This document shows positions 58,530-64,000 of a DNA stretch of 64,000 nt, piece after piece. A program made the translations under genes and the position numbers. How positions within the stretch are numbered: position 1 is the stretch's first letter; the number at the start of each line of letters is the position of its first letter. This DNA comes from Nannocystis bainbridge (GTDB taxonomy: Bacteria > Myxococcota_A > Polyangia > Nannocystales > Nannocystaceae): the NCBI RefSeq assembly GCF_028368995.1, contig NZ_JAQNDL010000001.1, positions 1,536,001-1,600,000 of the forward strand, in the 5' to 3' direction. A model generated the notes under the pieces. That model was not told where the DNA came from. It searched no databases and worked only from the letters and a program-made list of their open reading frames with translations.

Positions 58530-59678
58530 ATGGCCGAGTTCACCGCGGGTCAGCGCATCGTCGGCCTCAAGTCCGGGTACCTCGTCGGCGAGCGGCTCGG
58601 CGAGGGCGGCTTCGGGCTCGCCTTCGTGGCGACCGCCGACGACGGGCGGCGGGTCGTGCTCAAGCAGCTTCGGCTCGCGCGCATGGGCGACTGGAAGGCC
58701 ATGGAGCTGTTCGAGCGCGAGGCGCGGGTGCTCGCCGCGCTCGCCCACCCCAACATCCCGCGCTGCCACGAGTTCTTCGCCACCGACGGCGCCCGCGCCG
58801 TCGACCCGGGCGAGCTGTCCGGCCTCACCGGCGACGCCTCGCTCGTGCTCGTGCAGGACCACGTCGACGGCGCCTCGCTGGCCGCGTGGGTCGCCGCCAG
58901 CACCCGCACCACCGCCGCCCAGGCCGAGGCCTTGCTGCGCAAGCTGCTCGGCGTCCTCGACTACCTGCACGGCCTTCATCCGCCGGTGGTGCACCGCGAC
59001 ATCAAGCCCGGCAACATCGTCGTCACCGCCGCCGGCGAGCCGATGCTGATCGATTTCGGCGCGATCCAGGACCGGGCCCGGCGCGACTCCGAGGTCGGCT
59101 CGACCAGCGTCGGCACCTTTGGGTTCTTCCCCATCGAGCAGGTCCTCGGCAAGGCCCGGCCGGCCTCCGATCTCTACGCCCTGGCGATGACCATGGTCGT
59201 CGTCCTCAGCCATCGCCAGCCCGACGAGCTGCCGCTCGACCCGTCGACCAGCAAGGTCGACGTGCGCGAGGCCTGCCCCGGCCTGCCCGAGCGACTGACG
59301 CGGGCGCTCGACGGCATGCTCGAGCCGGCCGTCGGCCAGCGCCTCGCCAGCGCGCGCGACGTGCTGGCGGTGCTCGACGGCGAGGTGCTGCAGCCGCAGG
59401 CCGCGGACATACCTGTCCCCAAGGCCAGGTCGCTGCCGGCGATCGTCTCGCGGGTCCCGCTGTACACCGGCGGCGCCGCGGCGCTGCTGCTCTACGGCTT
59501 CTTCTTCGACGCGTTCTCGGAGTCCGAGCTGGTCTCGCTCAGCTTCCTGTGGCTGATCCCGCTCGCGTTCGGCCTCGGCGCTCGCCTCAACGACTCGATC
59601 GGCGGCGGCCTGCGCTGGGCCGTCGGCGCCACCCTGCTGCTCGGGGCGTTCCTGCTGCTCGTGTTCCCGGCGCTGTGA
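58530..59678 (+). CDS. Ser/Thr protein kinase with C-terminal TM helices
   Basis: LGEGGFG, VVLK, HRDIKPGN, DFG, SDLY all intact. Confidence 0.93.
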   Translation: MAEFTAGQRIVGLKSGYLVGERLGEGGFGLAFVATADDGRRVVLKQLRLARMGDWKAMELFEREARVLAALAHPNIPRCHEFFATDGARAVDPGELSGLTGDASLVLVQDHVDGASLAAWVAASTRTTAAQAEALLRKLLGVLDYLHGLHPPVVHRDIKPGNIVVTAAGEPMLIDFGAIQDRARRDSEVGSTSVGTFGFFPIEQVLGKARPASDLYALAMTMVVVLSHRQPDELPLDPSTSKVDVREACPGLPERLTRALDGMLEPAVGQRLASARDVLAVLDGEVLQPQAADIPVPKARSLPAIVSRVPLYTGGAAALLLYGFFFDAFSESELVSLSFLWLIPLAFGLGARLNDSIGGGLRWAVGATLLLGAFLLLVFPAL

Positions 59679-59854
59679 CGCCGCGGCCGGTGCGTGCGAC
59701 CAGCTCGATCCGCCGCCGCGCCGAGTCACCGGCGAAGTGCGAGGGCGCTCGCTGCCACGTCCGCGCGGCGTGCGTGCGTGCGTGCAGACGGATCTCGCAA
59801 CCACGCGCGCCGCGCCCCGCGAGGTTGCGGATATCATGGCCGCCGGAGACCGGC

Positions 59855-60655
59855 GTGCATCCTGCGACCATCGACATCGGCGTCAACCTCACCCACCGCT
59901 CGTTCGCCTCCGACCTGCCGGCGGTGCTCAGCCGCGCTCGTGAGGCCGGGGTCGCCCACATGGTCGTCACGGGCACGAGCCTGGCCGGCAGCAGCCGCGC
60001 CGTGGAGCTGGCGGTGGCGCACCCGGGGCTGCTGTCGGCCACGGCGGGCGTGCATCCGCACGACGCCAGCCACTGGGAGGCCGATGCACCCGCGCGGCTG
60101 GCAAAGCTCGCGGAGCGGCCGCAGGTGCTGGCGATCGGCGAGTGCGGCCTCGATTTCGACCGCGACTTCTCGCCGCGTCCCGTGCAAGAGCGGTGCTTCG
60201 CGGCGCAGCTCGAGATCGCAGCCGCGACCGGCCTGCCGGTGTTCCTGCACGAGCGCTCGGCGCACGCGCGCTTCGCGGAGATCCTCGCCGAGCACCGCTC
60301 GCGGCTGTGCGACGCGGTGGTGCACTGCTTCACGGGTACCAAAGCCGAGCTGCACCGCTACCTCGACATGGACTGCCACATCGGCATCACCGGGTGGATC
60401 TGCGACGAGCGCCGCGGCCTGCACCTGCGCGAGCTCGTGCGATCGATCCCCGCTGGCCGCCTCATGATCGAGACCGACGCGCCGTTCCTCGCCCCGCGCG
60501 ACCTCAAGCCCACCCCCAAGCGCAACGAGCCGGCCTTGCTGGCGCACGTGGCCGTCGCTGTGGCCAGGGCCCGCGGCGAGACTGTCGAGGCGCTGGCGGC
60601 CAGCAGCACCGCCACGGCGTGCGCGTTCTTCGGGCTGAAGCTCGCGGCGGGCTAG
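59855..60655 (+). CDS. tatD: TatD family hydrolase/DNase
   Basis: IDIGVNLT, TAGVHPH, IGECGLDFDR, FLHER, VHCFTG, MIETDAPFL, RNEP. Confidence 0.95.
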   Translation: MHPATIDIGVNLTHRSFASDLPAVLSRAREAGVAHMVVTGTSLAGSSRAVELAVAHPGLLSATAGVHPHDASHWEADAPARLAKLAERPQVLAIGECGLDFDRDFSPRPVQERCFAAQLEIAAATGLPVFLHERSAHARFAEILAEHRSRLCDAVVHCFTGTKAELHRYLDMDCHIGITGWICDERRGLHLRELVRSIPAGRLMIETDAPFLAPRDLKPTPKRNEPALLAHVAVAVARARGETVEALAASSTATACAFFGLKLAAG

Positions 60656-60947
60656 GAGCCTGTCCGAGATGCGCGTCCGAAGACGCGGGGCCTGGAGAGC
60701 TGGGTGATGGCGGGCACGGAGCGGCAGAGTGGGGCCCCGCGTCTTCGGCCGCGCGATTTCCTGGACAGGCTCCTCGCGCTCAGCGCGGCAGGATCTTGCC
60801 CCCATTCACGCCGAAGGTGACGCACTCGGCGGTGAGGACCGCGTCGTCGCGGCGCCAGGCCACCCCGGGCGGCAGGCCCGCCCTGGGCCCGCGGCGCTCG
60901 CGGCCGCGCGGCGGCTGTCAACGGCGAGCCGCCCTCCCACGCCGATA

Positions 60948-60983
60948 AACATGTCCCGATGGACATGTACCTCGGGACATTCA
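60948..60983. repeat. TGTC-N6-GACA array (3 cores)
   Basis: aacatgtc-ccgatg-gacatgta-cctcgg-gacattca, just past the stop at 60990. Confidence 0.88.
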
Positions 60984-60989
60984 TCAATT

Positions 60990-61454
60990 TCAGCAGCCGG
61001 CGTCGGTCACGAACAGCACCGCGACCACGCCGTCGATCTCGACCAGATCGACGGCCTCGCAGCCGGCCGCGGGCTTCCCCGTGGCGATGCCCAGCGACGC
61101 CGCCGCGACGTCGTTGGCCAGGCGGAAGCGGCCGCTGGTCAGCGCCGCGAAGCCGATCCCCTGGGCCGAGGCGAACGCGTCGAGCCACACCTGCAGCGGC
61201 CGGCGCACGCCCTCCGGCGTGGCGATCTCGATGCGCCCGAAATCGAGGGCTCCGCGCCGACCATCGAACTCGAACACCACCGGGTATTCGCCGTCGAGCG
61301 CGACCAGCACCGACTCGCCGCGGTCCAGCGCCCGCAGGTCGCCGGCGGTGATGCTCGTGAACACGGGGGTCGCCGTGGCCACACCGCCGGCCGACAAGAC
61401 GTCTTCGCACCCCGTCACGAGCCACAATGATGCCACCAGCGTCCGTACCCACAT
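60990..61454 (-). CDS. Hypothetical lipoprotein
   Basis: MWVRTLVASLWLVTGC lipobox. Confidence 0.65.
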   Translation of the reverse strand: MWVRTLVASLWLVTGCEDVLSAGGVATATPVFTSITAGDLRALDRGESVLVALDGEYPVVFEFDGRRGALDFGRIEIATPEGVRRPLQVWLDAFASAQGIGFAALTSGRFRLANDVAAASLGIATGKPAAGCEAVDLVEIDGVVAVLFVTDAGC

Positions 61455-61582
61455 CCTAATTGCCCCCTCGCGCCAATGCTCGGCGCGCGTCGACCCTCGC
61501 GTCTTGCGGCGGCAGGCCCAGCGCGCCGCCGCCTTCTCCATCGGACGCGAGGTCGGGGCGGAGCCCGGCCTCGCGTGAATGT

Positions 61583-62518
61583 TCAGCTCTCGTCGACCAC
61601 CGTGTCTTGCGGCAGCAGATACAGCTCGACGTTGCCCTTGCCGTCGGGCCGCACCAGGTCGGGGCGGATCCCGGCCTCGCGCAATTGGGCCCGCAGCCGC
61701 CGCAGGTTGCGGTCCCAGTTCTGGCGCATGATCCCGCGGTCGGTCTCGTCGCCCCAGATCTCGCGCGCCACCGCCTCCCACGAGACGAGGCGGTTGATGG
61801 TCGCCAGCTCGCTGACGATGCGCGCCAGCAGGCCCGCGATCACGCACTCGGGCCGGCCCGGCATGCGCACGTAGACCGTGTCGTAGCGGGCCACGATCGT
61901 CAGCGGTGGGTCGTTCTGGCCGATGCTGCGGGTGCTGAGCGCCCCGTCGCCGAGCGGGCGGGCCTGGACGGCGAAGTGGTGCCCGCGCAGCTCCCACGAC
62001 GCACCGGCCGCCAGCTCGACCGGCTCGCGGTCGCCGACGCGCAGGGTGAAGCCGTCGGAAGTGCCCCAGATATACGCCTCGGCCCCCGGCAGGTACTCCG
62101 GGTGCAGCTTGTAGCTCGGCGTCTGCGACGGCCCGCTGCTCGCTGTCACGATCGAATAGACCGACTCGCTGAGGGTGCACTGCTCCTGGCCGTCGCCGTA
62201 GAGCACCATCACCCGGTCCGGCAGCTCGACCGCCTCGACGTCGAGCGTCACGTTCTGCGACAGCCGGATCCGCTGGCCCGGCGCGAGGATGATCGAAGAC
62301 TTGCGCTCGCCGTCGAGGATGATCCAGCGCCGCAGCGACAGGATCTGCAGGTGACGCCCGCGCATGCTGATGAACGCGTGCGCCTCCGACACCTCGGGGC
62401 TCTCGATCCGCAGCTCGGCCGTCGAGGCGCGGCCGATGAGCCCACCGGCTGCGACCTGGGCGGTGCGCCCGTCAGGGAGGCGAAAACGGACGAACGGGGT
62501 GTAGCGACCTTGCAACAC
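61583..62518 (-). CDS. FHA-domain protein with a C-terminal winged-helix-like region (putative regulator)
   Basis: LIGR..ELRI..PEVSEAHA (FHA GR..S..H); VSWEAVAREIWG..WDRNLRRLRAQLREAG. Confidence 0.75.
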   Translation of the reverse strand: MLQGRYTPFVRFRLPDGRTAQVAAGGLIGRASTAELRIESPEVSEAHAFISMRGRHLQILSLRRWIILDGERKSSIILAPGQRIRLSQNVTLDVEAVELPDRVMVLYGDGQEQCTLSESVYSIVTASSGPSQTPSYKLHPEYLPGAEAYIWGTSDGFTLRVGDREPVELAAGASWELRGHHFAVQARPLGDGALSTRSIGQNDPPLTIVARYDTVYVRMPGRPECVIAGLLARIVSELATINRLVSWEAVAREIWGDETDRGIMRQNWDRNLRRLRAQLREAGIRPDLVRPDGKGNVELYLLPQDTVVDES

Positions 62519-62593
62519 GGCGGGCCTCCTTCGAGCGGGGAACGACGATTGTACCAGTGAACCTGCGCGCGCAGCGGACCTGCGCCGGACTCG

Positions 62594-62809
62594 TCACAGC
62601 GACGGCGGGATGTTGATGCCCGACGGCGGCCGCGCGCGGAACTTGGCGCAAGCGCCGCAATCGCCGCCCTTGCCTTCGAGCGAGTCCGCGTCCTCCTTGA
62701 GCGTGGCCGGCCCTCCGTGGGTCGCAGCGGCGCGTTGAACCAGATCGTCGCAGCCGGACACGGCGGTGAGGGCGAGGGCGGCGAGGGCGAGAGTGACGGT
62801 GCGGGACAT
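62594..62809 (-). CDS. Small lipoprotein
   Basis: GGAGG RBS; MSRTVTLALAALALTAVSGC; CGAC motif. Confidence 0.6.
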   Translation of the reverse strand: MSRTVTLALAALALTAVSGCDDLVQRAAATHGGPATLKEDADSLEGKGGDCGACAKFRARPPSGINIPPSL

Positions 62810-62820
62810 GAGGACCTCCA

Positions 62821-62870
62821 GACAAGTTGTTTGAGACATGTGCTTAGGGACAGGAATCTTCGGACATGGA
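62821..62870. repeat. TGTC-N6-GACA-type array (4 cores)
   Basis: GACA at 62821, 62835, 62849, 62863 (14-bp period), just past the stop at 62877. Confidence 0.82.
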
Positions 62871-62876
62871 ATGGAG

Positions 62877-64000
62877 TCAGGCGGGCGGGCGCAGCCAGCC
62901 GGACAGCTCGGCGGCCCGGCGCGCCCCGGCCTCGCCGAAGCGGGCGTAGAAGCGATCGGCGGCGGCGCGGCGCTGGGCCGCCGCGGTCGTCTCGCCGAGC
63001 GCGGCCAGGGCCTCGGCGAGGCACCACTGGGTGTCGGCGACCTCGCGGAAGTCGCTGCCGGCGCTGGCCCACACGGCCGAGGCCTGGCGCAGCGCCTGGG
63101 CGGCGCCGGCGTGGTCGCCCCGGATCAACCGGGCCTGACCGAGGCCCTTGAGCACGAAGCCCTGGGCGTCGCCGTCGGGGTCAGCGATGCGGGCCAGCAG
63201 CGCCTGCGCCTCGGCGAACCGCGCCTCGGCCTCGTCGGGCTGGTGCAGGCCGAGCAGCGCCTCGCCGGCCTTGGCGTGGGCCCGCGCGACCGCCTGGTCG
63301 TCGGCCCCGCGCAGCGCCGCGGCCAGGGTCAGCTCGCGCTCGGCGGCCGCCAGCGCCGGGGCGTAACCGCCGAGCAGCAGGTGGGCCTCGCCGAGGACCG
63401 CGAACACCTCGTCGTCGGCGCTGCCGGTGTCGTCGAAGATGGCCCGCGCGGCCTCGCCGTGGGCCAGCGCCGACGAGGCCAGGCCCTCGTAGAGGTCGAC
63501 GCGGGCCAGCGCCAGGTGCAGCTCGAGCACCTTGCCGTGGCTGTCCCCGAAGACATATCGCGCCACCGCCAGCGAGCGCTCGAAGGCGGCCCGCGCGGCG
63601 TCGAGGCGGCCGCGCTGCTCCTCGAGCAGGCCGAGGTTGTACAGCGCGACCAGCACGTACGGGTGCCGCGGCCCGAGGGCGGCGACGAAGCCCTGCTCGG
63701 CCTCGATGTACAGCAGCGCCGCATCGTCGCCGCGATCCTGATCGACCAGCGCGGTGGCCAGGTTGAGCTTGAGCTTGGCGATCGCCACCGCGTCGGGGGC
63801 CGGGCTCTGGGCCCACAGCGACAGCGCCTTGCGGAACGCGGCCTCGGCGATGCGCGGCTGCTGGCGCCCGCGCGCGACCAGGCCCTCGGCCTGCTGCGCC
63901 CGCGCCCGGCTGTCGGCGGCCGGCCGCCCGAGCCGCTCGGCGCTGGCCCGCGCGCGCCGGACCCACTCGAGCACCGGCAGCCCCGGCCGCCAGTGCAGCG
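62877..64000 (-). CDS. C-terminal TPR region of a larger protein (probably a kinase-TPR protein); 5' end lies outside the window
   Basis: LGPRHPYVLVALYNLG, GRLDAARAAFERSLAV and similar TPR_12-like repeats. Confidence 0.8.
   Translation of the reverse strand, partial: LHWRPGLPVLEWVRRARASAERLGRPAADSRARAQQAEGLVARGRQQPRIAEAAFRKALSLWAQSPAPDAVAIAKLKLNLATALVDQDRGDDAALLYIEAEQGFVAALGPRHPYVLVALYNLGLLEEQRGRLDAARAAFERSLAVARYVFGDSHGKVLELHLALARVDLYEGLASSALAHGEAARAIFDDTGSADDEVFAVLGEAHLLLGGYAPALAAAERELTLAAALRGADDQAVARAHAKAGEALLGLHQPDEAEARFAEAQALLARIADPDGDAQGFVLKGLGQARLIRGDHAGAAQALRQASAVWASAGSDFREVADTQWCLAEALAALGETTAAAQRRAAADRFYARFGEAGARRAAELSGWLRPPA

Noticed and set aside
58142-60655. 837-aa ORF suggesting a long N-terminal extension on TatD
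   Set aside because: The upstream part is an off-frame read-through of the kinase gene; TatD homology starts near 59855.

Overview
A very GC-rich (~72%, estimated by eye) bacterial chromosomal window of about 48 genes. MYXO-CTERM proteins, Thr/Asp-rich lipoproteins and Ser/Thr (pseudo)kinases suggest a myxobacterium, possibly Nannocystis-like (inference). I saw no rRNA, tRNA, CRISPR array or transposase. Three features stand out. (1) At 1830-6407, a WHIX-type T6SS effector appears split into two genes in swapped order, each half carrying its own peptidoglycan hydrolase (pesticin-like muramidase; M15-type peptidase). (2) At 21514-26287, an orphan T6SS cassette encodes a PAAR-Tse6/Ntox46-like NADase, a Tsi6-like immunity domain fused to FHA-like and DUF4123 adaptor domains, an M15 peptidase effector, a small chaperone-like protein and a lipoprotein. 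(3) A 14-bp palindrome, TGTC-N6-GACA, is tiled head-to-tail into arrays at about 11 intergenic sites, mostly just past stop codons, and also occurs inside genes. The rest is typical metabolic, signalling and envelope content (RND pump, hybrid kinase, coaA, tatD, UvrD-like helicase, di-heme proteins, copper monooxygenase). All family calls come from motif recognition by eye, not from database searches.
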